From Octopus bimaculoides (Eukaryota): a DNA stretch of 64,000 nucleotides. Shown here in pieces: positions 23,001-36,893 of this stretch (the first letter of the stretch is position 1; every line of letters begins with the position of its first letter). Where the stretch lies: the NCBI RefSeq assembly GCF_001194135.2, contig NC_069004.1:19754709-19818708 (forward strand), in the 5' to 3' direction. A model generated the notes under the pieces. That model saw only the letters and a program-made list of their open reading frames with translations, ran no database searches and was not told the origin of the DNA. The position numbers and the translations under genes were made by a program.

Positions 23001-26000
23001 GTTATTTAATCAGAGACAAGTAAAGCATGATTGAATTAAAAGAAACAAAATTACCATACGGGACAGGCATCATCATCATCATCATCATCGTTTAACGTCC
23101 GCTTTCCATGCTAGCATGGGTTGGACGATTTGACTGAGGACTGGTGACTCCAATCTGATTTGGCAGAGTTTCTACAGCTGGATGCCCTTCCTAACACCAA
23201 CCACTCCAAGAGTGTAGTAGGTGCTTTTACGTGTCACCGGCACGAAGGCCAGTCAGGCGATACTGGCAACGGCCACGCTCAAAATGGTGTATTTTATGTG
23301 CCACTCGCACAAGAGCCAGTCCAGGGGCACTGGCAACGATCTCGCTCGAAAGTCCTTACATATGCCACGGGCACAAGTGCCAGAAAGACGACGCTGGCTA
23401 CAGGTGCCATCCTGCAATCCGATTCCAGCAGTGCATTTTCGGGAGGCCCAACTTTGCATATAAGACCTGGAGTAAATTTCTGAGATCATTTTTCAGAAAA
23501 ACTGTGAGTCTTATATACCACCAGGTATGGTGAATTAAAGCAATTATTTAATTCATCATCATCATCATTATTATCGTCATTATTTAATGCCCATTTTCCA
23601 TACAGACATGGGTTGGACAATTTGACAGGAATTGGCAAATCAGAAGGCTACCCCAAGCTCTACTGTCTGTTTTGGCTCTTCCTAATGCCAGCCACTTTAC
23701 AGAGTGTATTGGATGATTTTTGTGTGGCACCAGCAGTGGTGAGGTCACCAAGTGACTTGCAAGACAAAACTCCGCAACTGGTGGGAGGAGGGAGTCATAT
23801 TGAGGGATGGAGAAGGTGTTTTGCATTAGAAGAGAAATATTCAATGACAATAAATCTTATTATTTAAATGAGAAATTAAGATGGCAAACTGGCAGAGTTG
23901 TTAGCACATCAGGCTGAAATACTTAATGATATTTCATCCATCTGTACGTTCTGAGTTCAAATTCTGCCAAGGTCAACATTGTCTTTCATCCTTTCAGGGT
24001 TGATAAAATAAGTACCAGTTGAATACTGGATTTGATGTAATCGACTTATCCTGGCCCCCAAAATGGCTGGCCTTGTGCTAAAATTTGAAATCAATATTTA
24101 AATGCAATCAATATTTAAATTGGCACATCTAGGTTGGGTTTTTTTTTTTTAAATTGTTTTTTAATGATTTAATTAATTTTAATGAAAGTTCTGATTTTAT
24201 TTCAGCAATGGTCATTAAACTCTACCCTTACGTCACAAATTGATATTGCTACACCAAAGAATAGCTGTGGTTTTAAAGTCAGCCAGATCCAATGCAAAGA
24301 TACAAAATCCTCCCATAAGGTCAGTCTCCGCAGGAGAGTCATGGGGTAGGGGTGGGCTTAGTTCATTTCATCAACCACTTATTTCTGATTGGTACTTAAT
24401 ATAGAATTTTGTATTTGGTTTGCAAGATTCCAGATACTCGTATGTTGAAACAGACTTTGTTGTATTTTGGGAAGGTCATTATGCCAATAATAAACACCCA
24501 CACTGGTTTGATTTCATGTCTTTTTATTATTGTTAGTCAACTTAAAGGTGGTGAGCTGGCAGAATTGTTACCATGTTGGACAAAATACTTAGTGGCATTT
24601 CTTCTGACTCTTTATATTACTTCTTTATGTTACTTGAAGTTGACTTTGCTCTTCATCCTTTCAGAGCTGATAAAATAAGTACCAGTTGAACACTAGGATC
24701 GATGAAATCAATTTACTCACTCCTATAATCACTGGCCTTGTGCCAAAATTTAAAACCATTATTATTCATCAACTATTTAATCATTTAACCAATTAACTAA
24801 CCAGTTATTTGATTAATTATCCAGTTAATCAGTCTGTAAAAAGTTTGATAGTTGTCATAGAGACTTTAGTCTCTCTCTATCACCTTTCAACAGCATTATA
24901 TATGAAGAGACATTAGAACAATTTTACAACATAATAAAAATAAGTTTTATTTTTTTTGATGATGCTTGGTTTCACAATTCCTGTCATTCAGCTTAGCAGC
25001 CGCTGATTAAGTTGTAGTTGGTATTGGAAAGTTAAGAGCTTCCTTGATGCCTGCCAGAGAAGCAAGTAGCTATCACCATCGAAGGCATCGTGGTGAAGAG
25101 TGCTTCGTTGAGGAGCGAGGAGTTGTCACGAAGAAGGTCTGTCGTGCAACTCCCTAAGAAAATGAAACTCACTCTTTAAGTACTAGTTTTACTATGCATG
25201 CGCACTCAAGGGGCTTCCGGTGGTGAAGTCCCTTGTGCATGCACAGAATAGTACTTCCTCAATGGCGGCTATAATTTCGTGCCACTACAAGTCCATCAGA
25301 GTTCTTTTGTAGCCATTTGCAATCTGTGATATGCCCTCTCTACACCAGGTCTATTTGTCCTCTAGTTTACAGATATTGTATTTATAATTATAGGAAGACC
25401 TGGAGCAGAGAGGTCAATACTGTTTTCCACTTCCATACCCTACACCTTGTCTTGTTAAATTATTATATTTTTTGTATTTTTTTTCCCCCTCAGGTTCAAC
25501 ACATCTGTTTGATGAGTCTTGAGTTACTTATGAGGACACGTGGAGACAGATGTCCAGATCCTCAGACAGATGATATCCAAGCTGCTTTCTGTGTTTTCTT
25601 ACAAGATTCCAAACCTGGTGATATGGTAACAGTTGTTATTGTTGTTGATGATGACCACCTGTCTTTGAGGGCTCCAAAAGGCTCAAACCGTAGTCGTACA
25701 TTACATGCTACAGCTCTACCTGAAGGGGTTGACATCATCCATGTGACAGATGAAACTGAGCTGATGCATAAAATAGAAAGTCTGGTTCAAAGGTTTGTAA
25801 ACATAACTAAACTTAAACAAAATATTTCTAATATTGACCTTTTGACCTTTGACATTTCATAACCAGGGAAATTATCATTAGATGATCAATTATGTTGTTT
25901 AACCCCAGGTCAATCCTGATTGAGCAAACCTGTGATCATAGGTATTCCAGTATTAGACATATCATCTCTTTTTAACATATCTAAGACCAAATTATCTAAT

Positions 26001-29000
26001 GTGTCTTCCTCTTTTTTCAAGACAATCAGGTGTGATCTGAGGGAGATTTGGCTGCTATTCTAGTATGTTAATTAATCTCATTGAGGCTCCTCATTGGTCC
26101 GTGAAATAGCTACAATATATTCAATGGTAGAGGAACTGGATGTTAAGATAGCCTATCCATTGGCTTGGCTTGACCCCTTAACTTCCAATAAGAGTCATAA
26201 AGGCACCTTTGTGGCATACAGTCCACCAGGTTTCCTTAATCTGTCACATCTGTGGGCCAGAGCTCAGGTCTCTATTAATGATTTAACTGTGCATCCCTGT
26301 AGCTGCCTCAGCCTTCCTCTACAACTCACCTTTTAACTCGCATCCCTTCACTCTTCTGTCTATGGCACTAATCACTCTGACACTGTGAACAATATCATTC
26401 CCTTACACTCCGTATTATCTCCCTAATATTGCCCCTTACCACCCCCTTTTCCTGCTTGACCTACTGCTATTTCCTTCACTCCTCCCCACAAATGATACTC
26501 TCCACCATGTACCTTATTATTATTACTATTTTTATTATTGCAGTTGGGATCCTGATATGCTCATTGGTTATGAAGTCACCACCTTGTCATGGGGTTACTT
26601 ACTACAGAGGGCTGCCTACCTTAATATAGAACTGGCTTCCAAAATTTCCAGAATTCCAAGTAATTATTCTTTTAAATGTTTAAATGTCTGGGATGATATA
26701 TTGTAAATACGATTACAAATTTTCTGGTTTATTCATCATTTGCACACAATAATTGAACAGGAAGGTCACAACACAAAATTGAGAGCCTACCAAAGTTAAT
26801 GAGAGACTAAAATCCCTGCTACAACATATCAATTGTGACTACTTGAAGAAGAAGTTGTAGGTGGTGGTGCTGCTGCTGCTGCTGTTGTTGTAATTTCCAT
26901 CAATAAAAGGTCCTTTTTGTTAAGCCAAAATCCAAAATCCAAGGCCTCTGCCAGGGATGTAGCCAGCCCACTTATGCGTACCTCTCCTTCATTGGACACT
27001 AAACTCGGCTTGCTTGCAAAGACTTGTTGGGGCAAGCGAAAGCGAAATTGTGATGGTACCTGTACCAGTGGAGCACTAAGAGCACTGTTCGAGCGTGATT
27101 GTTACCAGCGTTGCCTTACTGGCACTTGTGTCGGTGGCACGTGAAAGAACATTCGAGCGAGGTCATTGCCAGTGCCGCTGGACTGGCTCCTGTGCAGGTA
27201 CCACATAAAAAACACCATTTTGAGCGTGGCCATTGCCAGTGCCGCCTGACTGGCGTTCATTGCCAGTACCACCTGACTGGCCTTTGTTGCCAGTACCACC
27301 TGACTGGCCTTCATGCCGGTGGCACGTAAAAGCACCCACTACACTCTCGGAGTGGTTGGCATTAGGAAGGGCATCCAGCTGTAGAAACTCTGCCAAATCA
27401 GATTGAACCTGGTGCAGCCATCTGGTTCACCAGTCCTCAGTCAAATCGTCCAACCCATGCCAGCATGGAAAGCGGACGTTAAACGATGATGATGATGATG
27501 ATGATGATTTCTGAAATACATTATCTTTGTTTCAGCTAATTTTTAGAAAAATGAAGAATTTAGTAAAATGATTTTGCTATTATTAAGGTGGTGGCGGTGG
27601 TCGCAGTGGTGGCGGCGGTAACAACACAAATTAACATTAAATTCTTATGGAAAATTTTAGTTTAGATCACTTTAAAACAGGAAAACTGTATAGAACTGTA
27701 TACAACTATAGAAAACTGTATAAAACTGTATGGAAAAACTGTATAAGATTATATAAAAAAACATAGGGAAATTGTATAGAACTGAGAGTAATCTTAGGAA
27801 TGTTGATATCCAATTGATCAATCCTACTTGCTGTGTGGAGGCGCAATGGCCCAGTGGTTAGGGCAGCAGACTTGCGGTCATAGGATCGCAGTTTCGATTC
27901 CCAGACCGGGCGTTGTGAGTGTTTATTGAGCGAAAACACCTAAAGCTCCATGAGGCTCCGGCAGGGGATTGTGGCGAACCCTGCTGTACTCTTCCACCAC
28001 AACTTTCTCTCATTCTTTCTTCCTGTTTCTGTTGTGCCTGTAATTCAAAGGGTCAGCCTTGTCACACTGTGTCACGCTGAATATCCCCGAGAACTACATT
28101 AAGGGTACACGTGTCTGTGGAATGCTCAGCCACTNNNNNNNNNNNNNNNNNNNNNNNNNNNNNNNNNNNNNNNNNNNNNNNNNNNNNNNNNNNNNNNNNN
28201 NNNNNNNNNNNNNNNNNNNNNNNNNNNNNNNNNNNNNNNNNNNNNNNNNNNNNNNNNNNNNNNNNNNNNNNNNNNNNNNNNNNNNNNNNNNNNNNNNNNN
28301 NNNNNNNNNNNNNNNNNNNNNNNNNNNNNNNNNNNNNNNNNNNNNNNNNNNNNNNNNNNNNNNNNNNNNNNNNNNNNNNNNNNNNNNNNNNNNNNNNNNN
28401 NNNNNNNNNNNNNNNNNNNNNNNNNNNNNNNNNNNNNNNNNNNNNNNNNNNNNNNNNNNNNNNNNNNNNNNNNNNNNNNNNNNNNNNNNNNNNNNNNNNN
28501 NNNNNNNNNNNNNNNNNNNNNNNNNNNNNNNNNNNNNNNNNNNNNNNNNNNNNNNNNNNNNNNNNNNNNNNNNNNNNNNNNNNNNNNNNNNNNNNNNNNN
28601 NNNNNNNNNNNNNNNNNNNNNNNNNNNNNNNNNNNNNNNNNNNNNNNNNNNNNNNNNNNNNNNNNNNNNNNNNNNNNNNNNNNNNNNNNNNNNNNNNNNN
28701 NNNNNNNNNNNNNNNNNNNNNNNNNNNNNNNNNNNNNNNNNNNNNNNNNNNNNNNNNNNNNNNNNNNNNNNNNNNNNNNNNNNNNNNNNNNNNNNNNNNN
28801 NNNNNNNNNNNNNNNNNNNNNNNNNNNNNNNNNNNNNNNNNNNNNNNNNNNNNNNNNNNNNNNNNNNNNNNNNNNNNNNNNNNNNNNNNNNNNNNNNNNN
28901 NNNNNNNNCTGTCTTTAAAATGGGGGAATCATGTCTTTTTGTCTTTTTTATTTTTTACTTACTTAACAGTGGCCATGCTGGGGCAACATCTTGAAAAACT

Positions 29001-29155
29001 TTTACTTGAATGGATCAACTCCAGTACTTTTTTTTTAAGCCTGGTACTTATTCTATTGGTCTCATATGCCAAACTGCTAAGTTACAAGGATGTAAACACA
29101 CCAACACCAGTTGCCAAGCAGTAGGGTGGGGGAACAATCACAAATATAAAGACAC

Positions 29156-29186
<31 letters not shown>

Positions 29187-30326
29187 TAATACAGGATAGG
29201 ACAAGAACACAAAACATCCAGACAGTTAGGTGATACAGGAAAGGGACAAAACATCCACATAGACGATACAAAGAAAACACGGACATGTCATTCGGAGTTT
29301 TCTTTCCTCAGTCGACATTCAGATTATCTTTGCCATTTCAGCTGGTTATTCTAGATATTGCTCCAATCTGGCCAGCCCCAAGGAAAAACTAAGCTAAGAG
29401 TATTAGATTCCTTGGAAGAAAGCAGCGAATATATATAATATAATAAAGGATAAATTCTTTATAAGAATTTATCAAGTAGTCAGCGTGAAAAAAACCTCAT
29501 AATGAAAAAAATAATGAAAAAAATTTCGTAATGAAAAAAATTCATCATTTTTTCATAAATATAAATAATTTTATATATAAGGGCATTAACTGTGTAGTAA
29601 TGCCTCACGCTTCGAGGGACTAAATAAGTAAAAAATAAGTCAGTTTTTGACTTATTTAGTCCCTCGAAGCGTGAGGCATTACTACACAGTTAATGCCCTT
29701 TATATATAAAATTATATATATATATATATATATGCACACGATGAGCTTCTTTCAGTTTCCATCTACCAAATTCACTCACAAGGCTTTGGTTGCCCAAAGT
29801 GCCACACAGTGCGACTGAACCCAGAACCATGTGGTTGGAAAGCAAGCTTTTTACCACATGACTATGCCTGTGCCTATGTTCTACACTAAAGATATCTTCT
29901 CTTCATCAATGCCTTACATTTACTTTACCACTTTTGTATTGGTTGGACAGTATTTCTGATGCTGTCTTTTACAACCAGATGGTCTTCCTGTTGACAAATA
30001 TTTTATTCTCTTCTTATGACATGCAAGGAGACATGGTGTGCCTGTTCAAAAACTGACATACATTTGCTGTACTCCACAATAAAGATATTCTGGTAATAAC
30101 GAAAACATTGACCATGATTTGACCAGTGACTGCTATCTTTTACTGGCTTCACTCATTAGACTGCTGCCGTGTTAGAGCACTGCTTTTAAGAATTCTTAGC
30201 CTAAAGAATCAACCCAAGTACATTTTTTAAAGCCTGATACTTATTCTATCGATTTCAATTGTTGGACCGCTAAGTTACAAAAAGTAAACAGACCAACACC
30301 AGTTGTTAAGCAGTGCTAGGAGACAA

Positions 30327-30365
<39 letters not shown>

Positions 30366-32566
30366 TATGTGGTTCAGAAGCAAGCTTCTTACCACACAGC
30401 CCACCTTCACCTATACCATAGGTTTACTGAAACAGTGGTTAGTCTTTCACAACAGAACTCTATAAAGTCGGTCTAATAACAGCAACATCCTGGAAAAATT
30501 TATTTTCAAATATTAATGATAAAGTTTTTTTCTTTTGCAATTTAAATAATTTATATAACCTTCAATACTTTGTTTTTCTATAAATCATTTCAAATAATTT
30601 CTTACATTTGACAGGTCACACTGAATATTTACACATTTGAGAATGTATATTTTCATGTGTTGCACCAACGGATACCACACTACTCAAACAAATCATTGAC
30701 AACATGGTTCAATCACCAGACAGACTTACATAGGTTTGTCTTTGTCTTCATTTCATTTTGTTTTGGCTAAATTCAGCCATAGAACACCACACTTATCTTT
30801 TTATCTTTTACTTGTTTCAGTCATTAGACTGTGGCCATGCTTGAGCACTGCCTTGGGGGATTTTAATTCAAATGACTCAACCTCAGTACGTTTTTTTTAA
30901 GCCTGGTACTTATTCTATCGGTCTCTAGTGCTGAACTACTAAGTTACTGGGACAGAAGCACACAAACACCAGTTGTCAAGCAGTGATAGGGGACAAACAC
31001 AGACACAAAGACACATACATGTAGACATGTATATATATGATGGGCTTCTTTCAGTTTCTATCTACCAAATCCACTCACAAGGTTTTGATCAGCCGAAGTC
31101 TATAGTAGAAGACACTTGTTCAAAGTGCCATGCAGTGGGATTGAACCTGGAACCATGTGGTTAGGAAACAAACTTCTAATCATTCAGCCATGCCTGTGCC
31201 TGGATAGATTTTATATAGAATTTTTTTTTCCTTTTTTGTTGATGGTTAAATGTTTGACTTGCTGTGATAGCTTTCGTTTCTCCTCCCCCTCCCCCCAACT
31301 CCTCCTCCTCCAGGTTTCTTTCAGTTTCCATCTACCAAATCCACTCACAAGGCTTTGGTCAGCCCAAGATGTTACACAGTGGGAGTGAACCTGGAACCAT
31401 GTGACTGAGAAGCAGACATCTTACCACACTGCCACACCTGCACCTTAATTTAAGTAAAAATGAAGTCTAAAAACCATTTGTCAGTTTTGTTGGGAATGAG
31501 ACAACCAACCTCCCTGGTTACAATGAACAAATAAACAGAAACAACACAGAGTAGGAAGGACTTTTTAGTCTTTCTGAGAAAGAGACAACTTCCCTGATGT
31601 TGGTGCCATACTGAGATATACCTAGTACACTATGTAAAGTGGTTGGTGACAGGAAAGGCATCCATTCGTAGAAAACATACCATAAAAATGGAACATACAA
31701 GTGAGACATACTTCCAAACCATCTTGGAGAGCAGTCTAATGACTGAAACAAGTAAAGGATAGAAGATAACAATAATAATGATGATACAGTTCTATATTTA
31801 AGAGATGAATTATTTACATTATTTACAATTGACGGATATTTGTCCTCATCTTGTTTGTCGTCGTCGTCGTTGTTGTTGTTCAGGTCACTGCCTGGAATCG
31901 AACTCGGAATCTTGGGGTTAGTAGCCTGCGCTCTTAACCACTACGCCATATGATGATCTTTTAAACTTGTATTGATAACAGTTTATATCCTTATCTTTTC
32001 CACATAGATTCGTCAAATTCATTAATGTAATTTGGTTTGTTTGACCATGTCTTTTTTCTTTTTTTTAATTGCATGTCAACAGATGGCGAGTATTGAATTA
32101 CTACATTATCAGATCAAAAGGAAATACTTCCCTTATTGAAAGTCTGGACCTGATCAGCAAAACCAGTGAGATGGCCCGTGTATTTGGCATTGAGTTCTAC
32201 CATGTTCTGTCAAGAGGTTCTCAGGTAAGGACCAACTCGATTTCAAATCTTTCCATTGACTTTAACTACAAGGCAACTCACTCCCAGATGGGTGCAATTG
32301 GTTCTGTTGATGTCTACTCTGAACATCTATAGAAAAAAAAACATAGGAACTGCAACAGAGGGAACTTCACTGAAAACAACTTTGAGGATTCTAGCCATCA
32401 TTGCCACCATTATCAATCCTAGGTGCTTGCATGGCTGTGTGGTAAGAAGTTTGCTTCCCAACCACATAGTCTTGGGTTCATTCCCAGGGTGTGGCACCTT
32501 GGGCATCTGTCTTCAACTGTAGCCTTGTGAGTGGATTTAGTAGACAGAAACTGAAAGAAGCATATC

Positions 32567-32600
<34 letters not shown>

Positions 32601-35600
32601 GTGTTTGTGTTTATCCCCTACTACCTCTTGATAACAGGTGTTGGTTTGTTTATGTCCTCATAACTTAGTGGTATGGCAAAAGAGACTGATAGAATAAGTA
32701 CCAACCTTTAAAAAAAATAAGTATTTGGGTTGATTCAGTTAACTAAAATTCTTCAAGGCAGTGCTTCAGCATGGCCACAGTCTAATGACTGAAACAAGTA
32801 AAAGATAAAAGATATCTGCTTTTTCCATGCTGTGCCAAACAGACGCTGGTGCCATGATTAACCAGTGAGCTTGTTAATATATATAATACTGAGGGTTAAT
32901 ATTTATCCCCACTTAAACATGGTTGTTCTGTTAGAACAAACTGTACTGTGGTAGTTACCATGAGAGATACTCTGATATTGGTAATTGTGACACCAGCACC
33001 TGTTCTGGTGCTGTTCTTTTATATATTGCTAGTGGGGAGATGAGTCGCTGCTCTCTCTAGCAGTAGAGTGTCCATCATTGACAAGACCAAGAAAGGTTGA
33101 AACCATGTGATCTGGTGGTCTCAGCACTAGAGATGGCAAGGATTTATTTCCTCACTAGAGATATACACAAAAGTGCATTTTGCACCAAAAAGGCCAATAT
33201 GAGAGTTTCTCTCATGGTATTCACCGCAGTATAGTTTGTTCTAAGAGAACATCCACATTTAAGTAAGGATAAATATTACCTCTTGGTATTAACACTGCCA
33301 CTGTTGCTAATATATACTCTAATAATTCTATCAATCCAAAATATGATCAGTCCTCATCAGATACTCAAGCAAAATTTCACAAGAACTCATCATATTTTGA
33401 TGTTTGTTACCAGGCATGGCTGTGTGGTAAGAAGTCTACTTCCCAACCACATGGTTCTAAGTGCAGTCCCACTGCGTGGCACCTTGGGCAAGTGCCTTCC
33501 TTGGGTTGACCAAAGCCTTGTGAGTGGTTTTGGTAGACAAACTGAAAGAAGCCTATTGTATATATGTGTGTGTGTGTATCTGTGTTTGTCCTCCACCACC
33601 ACTTGACAACTGGTGTTGGTGTGTTTATGTCCACATAACTTAGTAATTCGGCATAAGAGAACGACTGAAGAAGTAGCAAGCTTATAAAAAAGCACTGGGG
33701 TCAATTCATTGACTAAACAAATTCTTCAGGGTGGTGCCCCAGTCTAATGACTGAAACAAGTAAAAGATTTACTGAAACACTTTTAAGTTTGCATTTGTTA
33801 TTGTTGATTTTATTTTTCTTTGAATCTTTTTTTTGCAGTACCGAGTTGAATCAATGATGTTAAGAATTGCCAAACCTCTCAATTTCGTGGCCGTATCTCC
33901 AAGCGTACATCAACGGAGTAAGATGCAAGCACCTGAGTGTATTCCACTTACTCTTGAACCACTTTCCAATGTCTACACTGATCCAGTCGTCGTTTTAGAT
34001 TTCCAGTCTCTCTACCCTTCCATCATGATTGCTTATAATTATTGTTTCTCAACTTGTCTTGGCCGACTTGATCATTTGGCTACAGCTCAGTAAGTACCAC
34101 TGTCTTTATGAAATTCTAAGATGTTCTTTACCTCATTCATCTAAACTAATGGTTCTCAACCATTTTTTACTTATGGATCCCTTTGACTCTTATTTTACTT
34201 GGGTGGATCCTCGTAGCCATTCCATGTTTAAAAATCCCCAAATTTTTTTATAATTAAATATTGTGGAATGACTATTGGGAAGTGACTGCAGATTTGCCTG
34301 GGTGCCAAGCATTCTTTCCCATCCCAGTTACGGAAAAACTGGACATTTTAATGTGGTGTGAAAGAAAGGAAGTTGTAAATCTAGTCGAGTTAATGGTTCC
34401 TCATGAAGATAATATGGATGCCGCGCGGGCTCGAAAGATTGACTGTTATGTAAACCTCCTAAAGAAATGTGAAGACGCAGGCTGGAAAGCGGAGCATTTT
34501 CCAATCGATGTTGGATGTAGAAGATTTGTAGGACACAGTGTGAGATGACTGCTGTTATCATTAGGCCTGACTGGTAGCACTTGCATGTACGAGTTGTTTG
34601 CAAGACATATATAATAGTATAACCAATTTATTGCACACAAACTTTAACAACAAAATCTTATATGAACCCTGGTTGAGAACTACTGATCTAACCCAAGGGT
34701 TCTCAACCATTTTTTACCCATGGACCCCTTTGATTACAATGTTATTCTGATGAACCTCTATAGCCATTCAATGTTTAAAAGCTAGTTTTATAGATACTTC
34801 TTTCAAAATTCCTATTTTGTATATTCAGTTATGTGAAACTGTGTGGCTTAGTGGTTAGGATTATCCACTCATGATCATAAGGTCACGAGTTCAATTCCCA
34901 GCGGCACGTTTTGTCCTTGAGCAAGACACTTTATTTTCACGTTGCTCCAGTCCACTCAGCTGGTAAAAATGTGTAGTACTTGTAATTCAAAGGGTCAGCC
35001 TCGTCACACTCTGTGTCACATGGAATCTCCCTGAGAACTATGTCTGTGGAGTGCTCAGCCATTTGCACATTAATTTTACAAGCAGGCTGTTCTGTTGATC
35101 GGATCAACTGGAGCCCTCATCATCGTAAGCAATGGGTTGCTAGTGCCATCCCATATTCAGTTATGTATATCTTTCAACTGAGAGATGAAAGTGAAAAAAA
35201 AAATTGTTGTTAGTTACTGCAATGATCTTGATGAGTAAGATAATCAATCCTTCAAAAACCCTTGGGTCCATGGAAGAAAATTCATTGATATAAAAGGATC
35301 CTTTTGTATTGAAAAGGTTGAGAACCAGTAGTTTAGTCTGTTGTCATTGTTTAGTAAAGGCACGTGGCTCAGTGGTTAAAGTGTCAGGCTCTCAATCATG
35401 AAGTAGTGAATTCAATTCCCAGACTGGGCTGTGTGTTTTGTTCTTGAGCAAGACATTTTATTTTTTCATATTGCTCCAGTTCACTCAACTGTCGAAATGA
35501 GTTGCAACGTCACTGGTGCCAAACTGTATCAGCCTTTGCTTTTCCCTTCGATAATATTGGTGGTGTGGAAAGGCAAAACTGATATGTGTGGGTGACTGCT

Positions 35601-36860
35601 GGTCTTCCATAAACAACCTTTCCTGGACTTGTGCTTTGGAGGATAAGTTTCTAGGTGCAATCCTATGGTCATTCATGAATGAAGAGGATCTTCCTCTTCA
35701 TTGCTTAGCCCCAGTGTGACACATACATACAGACTTATGAAGAAAGGCATTACATCCATGACCACCCCATCTTTGTAGCAGTTTCATATCACTACATTAT
35801 CTAATGTGTCTTTTTCATTTTCTTAAGATAGTACAGTGTGATTTGAGAGGATGATTTAGCTGCCATTTCTAGCAAGTTGAGTTATTTGTTTTATTCTATG
35901 GAATAACTGATTAAGGTGCTAGAACTTCTAATTTAACATAGGCTCAAGACCACAAAATTTAGTGGGCAAGAAGGGTCGGTCGTTGAATTACTTAATTCTA
36001 ATACTTAGGGGCTGCTTAATTTTATTAACTGCCTCAAAGTTGACAACAGCAGAATTTGAACTCAGAACCTAAAGGGATATTTTGTTTGGTATTTTACTGG
36101 TTTTGCTCCTTCCTATCCTGTAATAATAAGAATGTTACAGACATAGTCAAGGTGGCAGTTATACCCATTTTGGCTTGGAAACAGAGAAATGGTAAAACAT
36201 GCACCAAACATGGTACTAACAAGAAAAACAAAGCATTTGCAGCACATGCACACACACACAATTCTAGACTCCCCAGACACATTTTCAATAAAAACACCAC
36301 CACTGCCACCAACACCAACAACAACAATAATAACATAATGTTTATTGTTGCTAAGTAATATGTATTATTATGCTTTGATCTTTTAGTGAAGGTCCCATTA
36401 AATTTGGTTGTACTCAATTAAAGATTCCACCAGATCTAATCAAGGTAGGTTCTTTTATCTTTCTTCCTATTTTTATGCTTTTTACATTTCAAAATTTTTT
36501 TTTTAATTTTCAATATTCATCTCTTTGATCGGTCTTTTTGATTTTTTAACTTTTTTTGAGTGCTATTACAACATTCAAATTGGATGGATACACATACACA
36601 CACATATTCATATATACAGGGTGCGATGGGTAAATTGTCACCATTTTATATTCTTAATTTCGCACATGCTCATTGTTTGTTTTTGATTTTGTCAACTACA
36701 CAGTATAATAGGGTCAGTTGAATAAATTATTGAATAAATTTACACTTCAGTATTTCACGATATTTTTATGTAATTTTGGTAAATATATCTGATAAAATGA
36801 TATGTCAGTGTTATTTTCATTTTTGTGTAATTTAGATGACAGTTTTTTCACCAGACCCTG

Positions 36861-36893
<33 letters not shown>

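Noticed and set aside
26950-27050. Possible HDV-like ribozyme in the RTE-associated repeat (GG-cttgc...gcaag-CGAA)
   Set aside because: A P4-like stem and CGAA are present, but I could not build P1/P3, and the CC-to-GG spacing (19 nt) does not fit the HDV fold.
28059-29124. Long ORFs in the track here and at 51201-52496 and 10235-10680
   Set aside because: They consist of N-derived X residues.
29275-29320. Hammerhead-like CTGAGGA...GAA on the minus strand
   Set aside because: Lacks the GAAA core, a clean stem II and stem I pairing.
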